64,000 bases of DNA from an uncultured Methylomirabilota bacterium (GCA_963705305.1 OY970067.1:1952001-2016000); one strand, 5' to 3'. Numbered from the stretch's first letter, positions 28,600-39,438 are shown. The notes: generated by a model not told the origin, from the sequence alone. Translations and numbers: made by a program.

Positions 28600-29769
28600 A
28601 TGACGCGAAGGATCTTTGGGATCGGTGCTGTAGCAGCCATGATCTCACTCGTGCTTGCGAGCTTGAGTGTCGCAGCCGAGCCCGTAAAAATCGGCATCGT
28701 GTGCGAGCTGACAGGCTCCGGCGCGACCGATGGCATTCGCTTTCAACGCGGCGTGGTCATGGCGATGGACGACATCAACGCGAAGGGGGGAATGCTCGGA
28801 CGGCAGGTCGAGCAATTCAGCCTCGACACCAGGACAGAGCCGGCGGTCTCGGTCGCCGCGATGATGAAAGCCGTGGAACAGAAGCCGTTTGTCGTCATGG
28901 GGACCGTGTACAGCGGCTCCACCATTGTCAACATGAAGGTGTTGGAGCGGGCAGGCATCCCGCAATTCACAGGGTCCTCCGCGCCCGCCATAACCGAGCA
29001 GGGGAATCTGAATATCTTCCGAATGGAGCTCAACAGCGCGCTCGAGATGAAGGAGACCGTCAAGTGGCTCACGGATGTCTTGAAGACCAAGAAGCTGGCG
29101 ATCCTTTACAGCAGTGACGCCTTTGGGAAAGGATTGCGAGACCCCCTCGTGGAGCTCCTCAAGCCCCAGGGTGTGCAGATTGTTGCGGATGTCGTCAGCG
29201 AATTGGGACAGAGCGATTTCACGGGAGAGCTGGCGCGGGTCAAGGCCTCGGGGGCCGACACCTTGTTCCTTGCCGTCCATGAGGAGGAAACCGGCCGGGT
29301 ATTTCGCCAAGCGCGGGAAATCGGCCTGAACAAGATGATGCGGTTTGTCGGATCCAGCACACTTTTGACCACCGACGTCCTGCGGCTGGCAGGCGATGCC
29401 GCGGACGGGGCGCTCGCGCATGTTGGCCTGACCAATACCTCCCCGGCGATCATGCCGGTAGCGGCGCGATACGAAAAGAAGTACCAGGAGCAGCCGGACC
29501 ACAACTTCATGAAAGGGTATATTGGGCTGCAGATCGCGAACGCCGTCGTCGAGGAGACGAAATCGTTTGACCAGCAGAAGTTCCGGGATTTCCTCCATAA
29601 CCGGACCCTGTGCGCCAAGAAGCACCCGGGCATTCTGCTGGACGTCCATTACGACGGGAAGGGGGATTTTGACCGGGACACGTTCATCATCACCGCCAAG
29701 AATGGCAAGCAGGTTCTGCAGGGGACTCTCCCCGCGCTGGAGCCGGCACTGCTCGCGGAATGCAAGTAG
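28600..29769 (+). CDS. LIV-type ABC substrate-binding protein (2 of 3)
   Basis: Signal peptide; INAKGGMLGRQV, DAFGKG, PDHNFMKGYIG. Confidence 0.9.
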   Translation: MTRRIFGIGAVAAMISLVLASLSVAAEPVKIGIVCELTGSGATDGIRFQRGVVMAMDDINAKGGMLGRQVEQFSLDTRTEPAVSVAAMMKAVEQKPFVVMGTVYSGSTIVNMKVLERAGIPQFTGSSAPAITEQGNLNIFRMELNSALEMKETVKWLTDVLKTKKLAILYSSDAFGKGLRDPLVELLKPQGVQIVADVVSELGQSDFTGELARVKASGADTLFLAVHEEETGRVFRQAREIGLNKMMRFVGSSTLLTTDVLRLAGDAADGALAHVGLTNTSPAIMPVAARYEKKYQEQPDHNFMKGYIGLQIANAVVEETKSFDQQKFRDFLHNRTLCAKKHPGILLDVHYDGKGDFDRDTFIITAKNGKQVLQGTLPALEPALLAECK

Positions 29770-29832
29770 GTCGCCGTACGCCGTTTGTGCTCGTGCAACC
29801 TTTCGGTTGCTGCTTCTACCCCTGATGATCGC

Positions 29833-29874
29833 GCGCTGGGCCCGCACCGCCGATTAGCGTTCCGGGCCCAGCGC
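29833..29874 (+). terminator. 12-bp inverted repeat downstream of the SBP gene
   Basis: GCGCTGGGCCCG...CGGGCCCAGCGC. Confidence 0.35.
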
Positions 29875-30135
29875 CGCAAAAACCAGTCGCACGGCAAAGA
29901 CTGTGCTGCATCAAGGGTGAATGACTGAAACCAGGAAACACCAGGAGCCGTATCGAAGCCTCGATTTGATGCCACTGTAGTGGGCGCGTGGCCAGTCGGA
30001 GGTGCCTGCGCCTACACTCTCGTCACGCGAGGACGCAGCGTCCCTTTCGTCGAACGCGGCGAGCGCCCCGGCGCCGATCGGGAACACACGGGATTCACGT
30101 GCGAGTGAGACAGCTGCTCTGAAGAAGGGAGCTCA

Positions 30136-30603
30136 ATGATAACCGGTAAGTATTTCGAGGATTTCGTTCTAGGAGAAACAACTACATCTCCAGACAGGAC
30201 CATTACCGATGACGGCATCCGTCTATATTGCGAGACCGCGCAAATTGATCAGCCCATTCATAAGGATCCGCAGGCTTGCCTCGCACACTTCGGGCGGGCC
30301 AATCTGCTGGCACCCGGCATCATGATCGTTGGCATTGCAGATGCCATATTCTCCCAGCTTGTCAGTCCGGCCGTGCCGTATTCCCCGCATTATGGTTACG
30401 ACAAGATCCGCTTCATCAAGCCGGTGTTTGGCGGGGACATCCTGCATTGTGAATTCAAGTTGGCGGAGAAGCGCACACGCGACGGTCAGTACGGGGTGTT
30501 GACCTTTGAAACGTATGTGAAAACGCAGGATGGCGACCCGGTCATCTTCATCGTAGATAAGCTCTTGGTTGCCTATCGTAACGCCCTTCCTTCGAACACA
30601 TAG
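30136..30603 (+). CDS. MaoC family dehydratase
   Basis: GKYFEDF, DQPIHKD, YGYDKIRFIKPVFGGD. Confidence 0.88.
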   Translation: MITGKYFEDFVLGETTTSPDRTITDDGIRLYCETAQIDQPIHKDPQACLAHFGRANLLAPGIMIVGIADAIFSQLVSPAVPYSPHYGYDKIRFIKPVFGGDILHCEFKLAEKRTRDGQYGVLTFETYVKTQDGDPVIFIVDKLLVAYRNALPSNT

Positions 30604-30620
30604 GGCAAAGGAGGAAGACA

Positions 30621-32213
30621 GTGCATGCGGGAGTTAGAGCGGGAAGCGGTGTGGTTCCGATAATAAGCGCCGAGGAGGCCGTTGGTATGATCCAGGACGG
30701 CGATATCGTCGCCTTTGGCGGGACGGGCGGCGGCATTGCCGAGCCCACGGTGCTCATTGATGCGCTGGCTAACCGGTACAAGACAACACAAACCCCCAAG
30801 AACTTGACTTTTTTCCATGCCACAGGCCTAGGCGACCGTGCCGATAAAGGGATGTCGCCGCTCGCGCAAAAGGGGCTGGTCAAACGCCTCATCGGCGGCC
30901 ACTACGCGCAATCCGCCCGACTTGCGGAGATGGCAAATCGCAACGAGGTCGAGGCGTATAATTTTCCAATGGGTCTTATGACTCAGATGTATCGGGCGGC
31001 GGCGGCGAAGCAACCCGGGATACTCACGCATGTTGGGCTGGGGACGTTTCTCGACCCAAGGCAGCGGGGGGGGAAGGTCAATGAAGTAACTACGGAGGAG
31101 TTGGTCGAATTGTATGTCATCAACGGAAAGGAGTATCTCTTCTACCATTCGATTTTTCCAACGGTCGGCTTGCTCAGGGGGACAACGGCTGACGCAGAGG
31201 GATATCTGTCGATGGAAGACGAGGTAATGTACCTCGATAATCTTGCGCTGGCAACGGCCGTGCGCAACAGCGGCGGCAAGGTCTTCGCGCAGGTACAGCG
31301 CGTCGTCAAGAATCGGAGCCTTCACCCCAAAACGATCGTCGTTCCCGGATATCTCATCGATGCGCTGGTCGTGGTTCCGGATCAGACGCAGCTGTATGGG
31401 GCTCCGGTCAACCGCTTCATGTCCGGCGACTATATTCTTGAGGACAGCGCGGCCACTCCCATGCCTCTGAATGAGCGAAAGGTCATCGTGCGGCGCGCGC
31501 TCATGGAAGTTAAGCCCGGCGACGTCGGGAACATCGGCGTCGGCATAGCCGATGGAATAGGAATCGTCGCAAGAGAGGAAGGCGTCGATGAGGAGTTCAC
31601 GCTGACGGTCGAGACAGGACCAATCGGGGGGATTAGCGCGCAGGGTATCTTCTTTGGCGCGAGCGTGAACGTGCATGGCGTGATTGATATGCCGTCGATG
31701 TTCGATTTCTATGATGGGGGCGGGCTTGATATCTGCTTCCTCAGCTTTGCCGAGGTAGATCGCCACGGCAACGTGAACGTGCATAAATTTAGCGGTCAGT
31801 TGGTTGGGACGGGCGGTTTTGTGAATATCTCACAAAATACCCGCAAGGTCGTCTTTTGTGGGACGCTTCGGGCGGGAGGGTTGAAGGTCGGCATTGACGA
31901 CGGCGGACTGAAAATCCTCCAGGAAGGAAGGGTAGTCAAATTTGTCGATCAGTGCGATGAAATTACGTTCAACGGGCGTGACGCAATTGCGCGGGGGCAG
32001 GAGGTGTTCTTCATCACCGAGCGAGCCGTGTTTCGCTTGACTGCCGAGGGTGTTGAGTTGGCCGAAGTGGCGCCGGGCGTTGACATTGACAAGGATATCC
32101 TTGCCCACATGGGTTTCAAGCCGAAAACCGCAAGAGATCTGCGGCCCATGGACAAGAGGCTGTTCCTTCCTGGTGCCATGGGAATCAAGCAGGAGCTATT
32201 CGAGGGAAGGTAA
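30621..32213 (+). CDS. Acyl-CoA:acetate/3-ketoacid CoA transferase (YdiF/Pct family)
   Basis: THVGLGTFLDPR, NIGVGIADG, catalytic E in LTVETG, DFYDGGGLD, GGFVNISQ, ITERAVF. Confidence 0.93.
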   Translation: MHAGVRAGSGVVPIISAEEAVGMIQDGDIVAFGGTGGGIAEPTVLIDALANRYKTTQTPKNLTFFHATGLGDRADKGMSPLAQKGLVKRLIGGHYAQSARLAEMANRNEVEAYNFPMGLMTQMYRAAAAKQPGILTHVGLGTFLDPRQRGGKVNEVTTEELVELYVINGKEYLFYHSIFPTVGLLRGTTADAEGYLSMEDEVMYLDNLALATAVRNSGGKVFAQVQRVVKNRSLHPKTIVVPGYLIDALVVVPDQTQLYGAPVNRFMSGDYILEDSAATPMPLNERKVIVRRALMEVKPGDVGNIGVGIADGIGIVAREEGVDEEFTLTVETGPIGGISAQGIFFGASVNVHGVIDMPSMFDFYDGGGLDICFLSFAEVDRHGNVNVHKFSGQLVGTGGFVNISQNTRKVVFCGTLRAGGLKVGIDDGGLKILQEGRVVKFVDQCDEITFNGRDAIARGQEVFFITERAVFRLTAEGVELAEVAPGVDIDKDILAHMGFKPKTARDLRPMDKRLFLPGAMGIKQELFEGR

Positions 32214-32355
32214 TTGGCTGCTGCCTCTCGCAGGAGAACGGCGGGGCTAGTTCAGAACCAGAGGTGTCCCGTCCGAGGGAGGATGCCCGGATGGGACGCG
32301 GTATTGCGCCGCGCGTGAGGAGGCGAAGCACGTGGGCAAAGGAGTGGGTGCGTCG

Positions 32356-33042
32356 ATGGAGCTCGGCGAGAGTATTCGGGAGCGACGGAGCATTCGGAAA
32401 TTCACGTCGGAGCCGGTTCCCCGGAAGATTCTCCGGGAGATTCTGTCAGCCGCCCTGTGGGCGCCGTCGTCGATCAACACCCAACCCTGGGAATGCTGGG
32501 TGGCAGGGGGGAAGAACTTGAAGGCGTTGGCCCAGGCCCTCTGTGACGAGGGCGCCAAGGGGACGCCCCCCCGTCCGGATTTCACGACTTTGGGGTTCCG
32601 GAGAGAGCCCTATCTGGGGCGGATGCGAGAAAACGGCAAGCAGCTGTGGGGATTGCTGGGCTACGACCGCGAGGACAAGACGCAACGGCCGGCCTTTTTC
32701 TTGTCCATGCTCAGATTTTTCGACGCACCCCAGGCGATCTTCGTCTGCCTCGACGGCCAATTGGGAGAGCTCTCGCTCTTTGATTGCGGCTGCTTTGTTC
32801 AAAACATATGTCTCCTTGCTACAGCAAGGGGCCTTGGGACATGCATCGAGCAGTCGCCAGCATACTATCCCAACACGGTTCGGAAATACGTGGCCATTCC
32901 CCCGGAAAAGAAGATCGTCGTCGCCATCGCGATCGGCCATCCCGATGAAAGAGCCGTTCTGAACCAGTTCCGCAGCACGCGCGGCCCTGTGGAAGAGTTT
33001 GTCCATTGGCCAGATGACGCCGAGGGCTTTATCGCCCAGTGA
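32356..33042 (+). CDS. Nitroreductase family protein
   Basis: RRSIRKF, APSSINTQPW, RGLGTC, IAIGHPD. Confidence 0.92.
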   Translation: MELGESIRERRSIRKFTSEPVPRKILREILSAALWAPSSINTQPWECWVAGGKNLKALAQALCDEGAKGTPPRPDFTTLGFRREPYLGRMRENGKQLWGLLGYDREDKTQRPAFFLSMLRFFDAPQAIFVCLDGQLGELSLFDCGCFVQNICLLATARGLGTCIEQSPAYYPNTVRKYVAIPPEKKIVVAIAIGHPDERAVLNQFRSTRGPVEEFVHWPDDAEGFIAQ

Positions 33043-33250
33043 GGTACGCAGAAGTGACACCGGCACAGGAATGATTGCCGCTGCAACGCTGTCGCGAGGC
33101 GCAGGCCGGGTGGACTCAGGCGGAAGACGTCCATGCTCCCTGCCCGAGACCGCGAGAGAGCCGCCGGAGACGACTGCTGCGCACCACGGTGTGACCAAGC
33201 GGGTCTTATTCTTGTTGACGGTCTTTGAGTCTTTCACAAGGAGGGCGACA

Positions 33251-34438
33251 ATGGCTCGGAAATGGCTTCCAGTCTACGTCACGGTGATCGCTGTCGGGGT
33301 CATGCTCCTGGCTCTGGGCGTCCCGGCCGACGCGCAGAAGGCGGACGAGGTCACGCTCGGGATCGTGGCGGAGATGACGGGGAGTGGGGCATCGACCGGT
33401 CACTTCTGGGAAAATGGGGTTTTGATGGCGGTGGAGGAAATCAACGCGGCGGGCGGGATCCTGGGGAGAAAGGTAACCACCTTCACCCTGGACACAAAGA
33501 CCGAGGCCGCCACGGGCATGGCCATGATGAGACGGGCGGTGGATAGAAAGCCCTTCGTGGTTATGGGGTCCTGCTACAGCGGTATCACCCTGGCGAATAT
33601 GCCCATCCTGCAAGCGGCAGGAATCCCCCAATTCACGGCGGCGGAAGCGCCGAGCATCACCGACCGGGGGAACCCCAATATCTTCAGAACCATGTACAGT
33701 TCGAGCCTCAGCATGCAAAAGGTGGCGTTGTGGGTAACGGATGTCCTCAAGGTCAAGCAGCTGGCGATTGTGTACGCGAACGACGAGTTTGGGCGAGGCG
33801 GGCGGGATGCCCTGGTGAAGCTCGTCCAAGCGAAAGGCGTCAAGATTGTAGCCGACCTCGGGACTGACCTTGGGCAGGCGGATTTCACCGGAGAGCTTGC
33901 GCGTGTGAAGGCATCGGGCGCAGACACGCTCTTTGCGTATATTCACGAGGAGGAAGGCGGCAGATTTTTGCGGCAGGCGAAGGAGATGGGCGTGGACCAA
34001 GCCATGCGGATCGTTGATCACGCGACGCTGGTCGGCCCGGAGACCGTAAAATTGGCCGGCAAGGCCGCCGAGGGGATTCAGGGATTCGTGGATATGAGTC
34101 AGGAGTCGAAAGCCTTCAAGCCAATCGCCCAGAAATATGAGAAGAAATACGGGCAAGTCCCTGACCACAACTTCTTCAAGGGGTACATCGGCACCTACGT
34201 TGTCAAGGCAACCGCTGAAATCGCCGGCTCTTTCGATCAGCAGAAATTCCGGGATACCCTTCATGGGCACACCCTGTGCGTCAGTAAGTATCCGGGAGTT
34301 TTGGCGAACATCCACTATGATCAGAATGGGGATCTCGACAGGGAAAGCTCCGTGGTCAAGATTCAGGATGGAAAGCAGGTCATCGTCGAGACGCTTCCCC
34401 CGCTCCATCCGGAGTGGTTTACTCAGTGCGCCAAGTGA
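33251..34438 (+). CDS. LIV-type ABC substrate-binding protein (3 of 3, orphan)
   Basis: Signal peptide; INAAGGILGRKV, PDHNFFKGYIG. Confidence 0.9.
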   Translation: MARKWLPVYVTVIAVGVMLLALGVPADAQKADEVTLGIVAEMTGSGASTGHFWENGVLMAVEEINAAGGILGRKVTTFTLDTKTEAATGMAMMRRAVDRKPFVVMGSCYSGITLANMPILQAAGIPQFTAAEAPSITDRGNPNIFRTMYSSSLSMQKVALWVTDVLKVKQLAIVYANDEFGRGGRDALVKLVQAKGVKIVADLGTDLGQADFTGELARVKASGADTLFAYIHEEEGGRFLRQAKEMGVDQAMRIVDHATLVGPETVKLAGKAAEGIQGFVDMSQESKAFKPIAQKYEKKYGQVPDHNFFKGYIGTYVVKATAEIAGSFDQQKFRDTLHGHTLCVSKYPGVLANIHYDQNGDLDRESSVVKIQDGKQVIVETLPPLHPEWFTQCAK

Positions 34439-34692
34439 GGAGTGGCGGGGCGGTATGGTACGGAGGAGGCGTCGCCGTCGGATGGTGCCTGACCTGCGGG
34501 GCCTAGCGAGCGCACCGTGCGCGCGGGACGCGCCGCCCAACGCGAGCTCTCGCAGCATGATGGAGAGGGGCCGAGGGTCCAGCAGACCTCCGGGTTGCGT
34601 GACGCCCTCCGTTGTTCTCGGGCCCTGTGAGATCGCGACGTGACGAGGGCGCGCGACCTTCCTTTGAAATTCTTGTGCAGGAGAATGGGACG

Positions 34693-35511
34693 ATGTCTGA
34701 AGGGATAATGCCCAGCGAGTACGACACGTCCAGCGCGAATCTCAAGGCGCTGGCGGACAAGCTCATCGATCTGCTCCGTATCCGCACGATCCCTGTCGGC
34801 GTGAAACTCTATGAGGATGTGGCTGAGATGGAGAACATCCCTGGCCTACGGAGGCCGACCGAGGGATACCGCTTTGCCATGTGCCAGCTGGTGACCCAGA
34901 GCCGGATGGCAGGGTTCACGCTCGGCATCACCCCCGATAACCTTCAGCAGGACAGCAACTGCGGGGGGGTCATCGGTTTCAACGCGCCGGCCGAGCAGTT
35001 GCTGACGGGGGAGTTGTTGACCGGGGTATGGTTCGCAAACCAGGACGCCGCGCGGGCGCACCAGGCGCAGATGATCCGCGTCGCGCCGGGACGCTATTCG
35101 GCCGTGGTGCTGTCGCCGCTTCGTGCCGCGCGGCTCAGCCCGCCCGATATTGTCCTCTTCTATGCGACCCCGGCGCAGACCATCCTCTTCGTCAACGGGC
35201 TGCAGTGGAAGCGCTACCGGCGCTACGACATGACCATTGTAGGGGAGAGCGCCTGTTCCGATTCGTGGGGACGGGCGCTGAAGACGCGGGAGACTTCCAT
35301 CTCGATCCCATGCTACGCGGAGCGACGCTACGGGGGAGTGGCGGAAGACGAACTGCTGGTCGCGCTGCCCCCCGAGGAGTTTGCCCGGGGGATCGAGGGG
35401 CTGGAGGGCCTGGGCAAGAGCGGCTTCCGGTATCCGATTCCGCCGTACGGGGCGCACACGGATCCCTCTATGGGCATGACACGGAGCTACACGATACGGA
35501 AGTCGTCCTGA
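34693..35511 (+). CDS. DUF169 family protein
   Basis: PVGVKL, MCQLV..SR, PDIVLFYATPAQ, ESACSD, SIPCYAERRYG. Confidence 0.8.
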   Translation: MSEGIMPSEYDTSSANLKALADKLIDLLRIRTIPVGVKLYEDVAEMENIPGLRRPTEGYRFAMCQLVTQSRMAGFTLGITPDNLQQDSNCGGVIGFNAPAEQLLTGELLTGVWFANQDAARAHQAQMIRVAPGRYSAVVLSPLRAARLSPPDIVLFYATPAQTILFVNGLQWKRYRRYDMTIVGESACSDSWGRALKTRETSISIPCYAERRYGGVAEDELLVALPPEEFARGIEGLEGLGKSGFRYPIPPYGAHTDPSMGMTRSYTIRKSS

Positions 35512-35752
35512 CGGCGAAAACGGGCTTCGGGCGGGGATTGGGCGCAGCGATATATTCCTGAATGGTGCGGATCGGGCCGGGACGCTCGCGGAGATCCTCC
35601 GGCGGATGCGACTGGTGGCGAGTACTCGGAGCCAACGCTCGACGAGGTTCAGCCGCGACGCGCCGGCGTGGATTGTGAGTGTAGATGTGAAGTGACAAGC
35701 GACAGGATGGTGACTAAGGCGTAAGCCTTACGGGTCTGCCTGAAACGTTTTG

Positions 35753-36323
35753 AGCTCTTCGTGTACTCGTGCGGGTGCGTTGTGTCCGTCTTACGGTCCC
35801 GGTAGCATGCCGGTCAGGATTTTGAGGCGCAGGTACTGTTCAGCGCGGAGGCCATACGCGCGCCGCTGGATGACGGGGATCTTGGTGTTCATCCCTTCCA
35901 CGAAGCCGAGCGAAACCTTCTCGGCCACGGTACAGCACGCGGCGATCCCGCCCCGGTTCTTCTCCATCTTGGCCGCGAACTGCCCGAAGGGGGCGAGGTT
36001 CTGCCCCTGCCGCGCGTCCTTCCGGCGATCGAAGAAGGGGCGGGTCCACCAGGCCCGGCGATATCCACACAGCTGGTCGAGCGACTCCTTGAGCAGCCAG
36101 GCGGTGTGGAGCCGCCAGTTGGCGGCCAGCAGCACCTGGAGCGGCATTTGTCCGTGCAGGGAGAGGTGCGCCCGGTGGGTGAGCCGGAGGACGCGGGCGT
36201 CGGGCCCCTCGAAGATCCTCCGGACTGTGGAGGCGGGCGAAACCCAGAGAAGCGATAGGCATCCTGAAGGCGTCGCTGATTTCGCAAGGAGCATCATGCC
36301 AGATTCTTCACCGGTGGAAAGCC
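35753..36323 (-). mobile_element. ISL3-family IS remnant (internally deleted, frameshifted transposase)
   Basis: C-terminal GFVEGMNTKIPVIQRRAYGLRAEQYLRLKIL is ISL3-like; N-terminal RRLQDAYRFSGFRP lies in another frame; degenerate ends near 35753 and 36323. Confidence 0.8.
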
Positions 36324-36425
36324 CCTAAGCATCCCTGTCTCTCGGGGAATTTCTGGCGCGACAGAGGAAAAACCACCCACACAATTCCGTGAAGAGTCTC
36401 CAATCATTCGAAAGGAGTTCAGAAG

Positions 36426-37616
36426 ATGGCTAAGGCCCTCGATGGGGTCAGGGTTCTGGATTTTACCCAGTATAATACCGGCCCTCATTGTTCTATGATG
36501 TTAAGAGAGCTCGGCGCTGAAGTGATCAAAGTGGAGATCCCGGGGAAAGGTGATGCAGAGAGAGTCAGCATGCCATTGACCAAAGCGCGGGAGGCACTGC
36601 AGTTCCTTTGCCGGAACCGTGGCAAAAAAAGCATCACCCTGAACCTCAAGAGTGCAAAGGGATTGGAGATGGCCCGGCTACTGGTGACGAAGGTGGACAT
36701 CCTTCTTGAGAATTTCGCGACTGGAACTATGGAGAGGCTCGGCCTTGGCTATCAGGAATTGAGCGAGATCAACCCGTCCCTCATCTATGCTTCAATCACC
36801 GGTTTCGGGCATACGGGTCCCCGGAGCACCGAGCCGGCCTTCGACGTGATTACCCAGGCGATGGGAGGGATGATGAGTGTAACCGGCTTCCCGGATGGGC
36901 CGCCTACCAAGGCCGGGCCAGCAATGGGAGATCTCTTAGGTGCGTATAATGCCGCCATCGCCATTCTTGCGGCCCTTCATTACCGGATGAAAACGGGAGA
37001 AGGGCAGGCGATCGACATTTCCATGCAGGATGGCATATGGGCGGTTGTTTTCCCGGAACGCGCGGATTATTTCGTGACTCACGAAATCCCCAAACGATAT
37101 GGCAACAGGGCTCCACACAGCGCGCCATTTGGAAGTTACGCCGCCAAAGAAGGCTATTTTGTGATGTGCATCATAACCGATAATCAGTGGGTCAACTTCC
37201 TTCGCGTCATTGGCAGGGAGGATTTGATCGGCGATACAAGATATGACACGCGCGAGCACAGGACCTACCTCCAAGACGAAGTGACCGCCCTGGTCGAAAG
37301 TTGGAGCCAGAAAAGGAACGTGGAAGAGATACTCAATGAGCTGAAGGCTGCCCGTATCCCTTACGCACCCGTCCCCGACTTTGATCAGGTTGCCAATGAC
37401 CCACAGCTTTTGAGCCGGGAGATGATTGTTGAGGTGGAACAACCCGTTTCCGGGAAGGTGAAGCTAACCGGCTCAGTGTTTAAGATGACCCGGACGCCGG
37501 GTGACAGGCGGTTCCCCGCCCCGTCACTCGGTGAATATAATGATGAAATCTACTCCACACTTTTGGGACTCAGTCGACAGGAAATAAAGCAGTTGAGAGG
37601 CGACGGCATAATCTGA
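36426..37616 (+). CDS. Family III CoA transferase (CaiB/BaiF, formyl-CoA transferase-like)
   Basis: ALDGVRVLDF, NRGKKSITLNLK, ENFATG, AMGDLLGA, APSLGE; AT-richer than its neighbours. Confidence 0.93.
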   Translation: MAKALDGVRVLDFTQYNTGPHCSMMLRELGAEVIKVEIPGKGDAERVSMPLTKAREALQFLCRNRGKKSITLNLKSAKGLEMARLLVTKVDILLENFATGTMERLGLGYQELSEINPSLIYASITGFGHTGPRSTEPAFDVITQAMGGMMSVTGFPDGPPTKAGPAMGDLLGAYNAAIAILAALHYRMKTGEGQAIDISMQDGIWAVVFPERADYFVTHEIPKRYGNRAPHSAPFGSYAAKEGYFVMCIITDNQWVNFLRVIGREDLIGDTRYDTREHRTYLQDEVTALVESWSQKRNVEEILNELKAARIPYAPVPDFDQVANDPQLLSREMIVEVEQPVSGKVKLTGSVFKMTRTPGDRRFPAPSLGEYNDEIYSTLLGLSRQEIKQLRGDGII

Positions 37617-38027
37617 GGGCCTTTGACGGTCGGAATAGGACCAATCGGCGGAATTATTCAGCAGGGTGGTTCCTGGCGATAGCCTGAATGCCGTGCCTTG
37701 ACGGATATGCTGTCGGTGTCCGATTTCGATGACGGGGAATATGGAGTGAGCAGCCGGGCATATTCTACCCCGATACGGGTTGAAGATACGTGGCCATTGG
37801 CCAGGAACAGAAAATCGGCATGGCCATGGAAGTCGACCATCCAGATTGAGGAAGCCATCCTGGACCGATTGCGGGGCAACCGCGGACCCTTGGAAGACTT
37901 GGTCCACCGGGAGGATGATGCCTCGGACTGTAACTCACGAGCCTGAACGTGAGGCGAGATGCACACTTCTATCGAGGGGGAGAGAGGAAGCGGCGGAGGC
38001 CGGCAGGCCGAGAAGGGGAGCGGGCGC

Positions 38028-39155
38028 ATGGTTCCATTCGACGCGGAGAAGCTCGGGCGCCTGATGGAGGAGGGGGGACTCGCCCTCCTCCTCGCCTCCA
38101 GCCGGCACAACGTCCGGTATCTCGCGGGAGGCTATGCCTACCACTTCCTCTCCCGGGCGCCGCGGTTTGGTCGGAGTCGGTACCTTCCGTTCGTCGGCCT
38201 GCCTCGGGGGCGCCTGGCAGATGCATTTTACATCGGCCGCGTGGACGAGCGCAGCCAGATCGAGGCGGAGGGGCTGTGGTTTCCCCACCGGTTTCACACC
38301 GTTCTGGGGACGGTCAGCGCAGCCGAAGGCGCAGCCTTGGCGGCGCGGCAGCTCGGCTGTGCCGAGGGAGCCATCGGTGTGGAGCTGCCCTTCCTGCCGG
38401 CAGACGCCCTGCTGGCCCTGCAGCGCGGTCTCCCGAACGCGACGTTCACCGACGCCACGCCCATCCTGGACGAGCTCCGGGCCGTCAAGACGCCTGCCGA
38501 GGTGGCCCACCTGCGGACGGTGTATGACCGGGTCGCCGAGGCGATCCGGGACGCCTTCGCCACCGGCAGGCCGGGCATGACGACCGCGGAGATCGCGCGA
38601 TCCGTGGCGCGGGAGATGGCCAGACGGGACGTCGCTTTCCTGTTTGCTTTCGCGTGCGCCGGTCCGGGGACCCTCCGGGTGCCCTCCTCTGCCCGCTGGG
38701 AGCAGGGACGCATCCTGCACATCGATGCGGGAGGAGAGGACGGGGATTACCTGGCCGACATCTGCCGGATGGGTTGCCTGGGAGAGCCTGCTCCTCTCGC
38801 CCGGGAATTGCACTCAGCCTGCATCGAGGTGCAGGGGCGGGCACGGCGGATCGTGCGCGCGGGCCTCCCGTGTCGGGAGCTGCAGGCCGAGGGAGAGCGG
38901 GCGGTCTGCGAGCAGCGATACGCGGACTACGGACGGTTCGTGGCGCACGGCATCGGCATGGTGTCCCACGAGCAGCCGGACCTCTCGGGCGGCAACCCTC
39001 GGCCGCTCGAGGCGGGCATGGTTCTTTCGATCGAGACGGATTTCATCCATCCCCAGGTCGGACACGTGAAGATTGAAGACGCCGTAGTCGTCACGAGAAC
39101 CGGATGCGAGGGGCTCGGAGACCTCGGCCGCGACTGGCACGTGATCCGAACGTGA
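38028..39155 (+). CDS. M24 family (Xaa-Pro) peptidase/hydrolase
   Basis: RAVKTPAE, HIDAG, YLADICR, HGIG..HEQP, SIET, KIED. Confidence 0.9.
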   Translation: MVPFDAEKLGRLMEEGGLALLLASSRHNVRYLAGGYAYHFLSRAPRFGRSRYLPFVGLPRGRLADAFYIGRVDERSQIEAEGLWFPHRFHTVLGTVSAAEGAALAARQLGCAEGAIGVELPFLPADALLALQRGLPNATFTDATPILDELRAVKTPAEVAHLRTVYDRVAEAIRDAFATGRPGMTTAEIARSVAREMARRDVAFLFAFACAGPGTLRVPSSARWEQGRILHIDAGGEDGDYLADICRMGCLGEPAPLARELHSACIEVQGRARRIVRAGLPCRELQAEGERAVCEQRYADYGRFVAHGIGMVSHEQPDLSGGNPRPLEAGMVLSIETDFIHPQVGHVKIEDAVVVTRTGCEGLGDLGRDWHVIRT

Positions 39156-39438
39156 CCGGCGCCATGACCCGGAGAGGCTCCTTCCTCGCTCGGCCGTCGG
39201 GCTCCGCCCGAGTCGCCGCCTGTAGCGCAGGGAAGCGCGCCCGCCCGGGCCTCTCCCCTCGTTCGCCGGATTGACACGCACCCGGGGCACAGCTCTCCGG
39301 GTGCTTGTGTCTTCATCGGGGTTCTGGTAAATATCTGGCGAACACCGGTGGCATCGGGCAGCCGGGGCCCGGAGAAGGGTCGCTCAGGCCGCCCCGGACC
39401 CGAGTCGGCCTTCACCCCTCTTCCGGAGGAGCAGCGCC

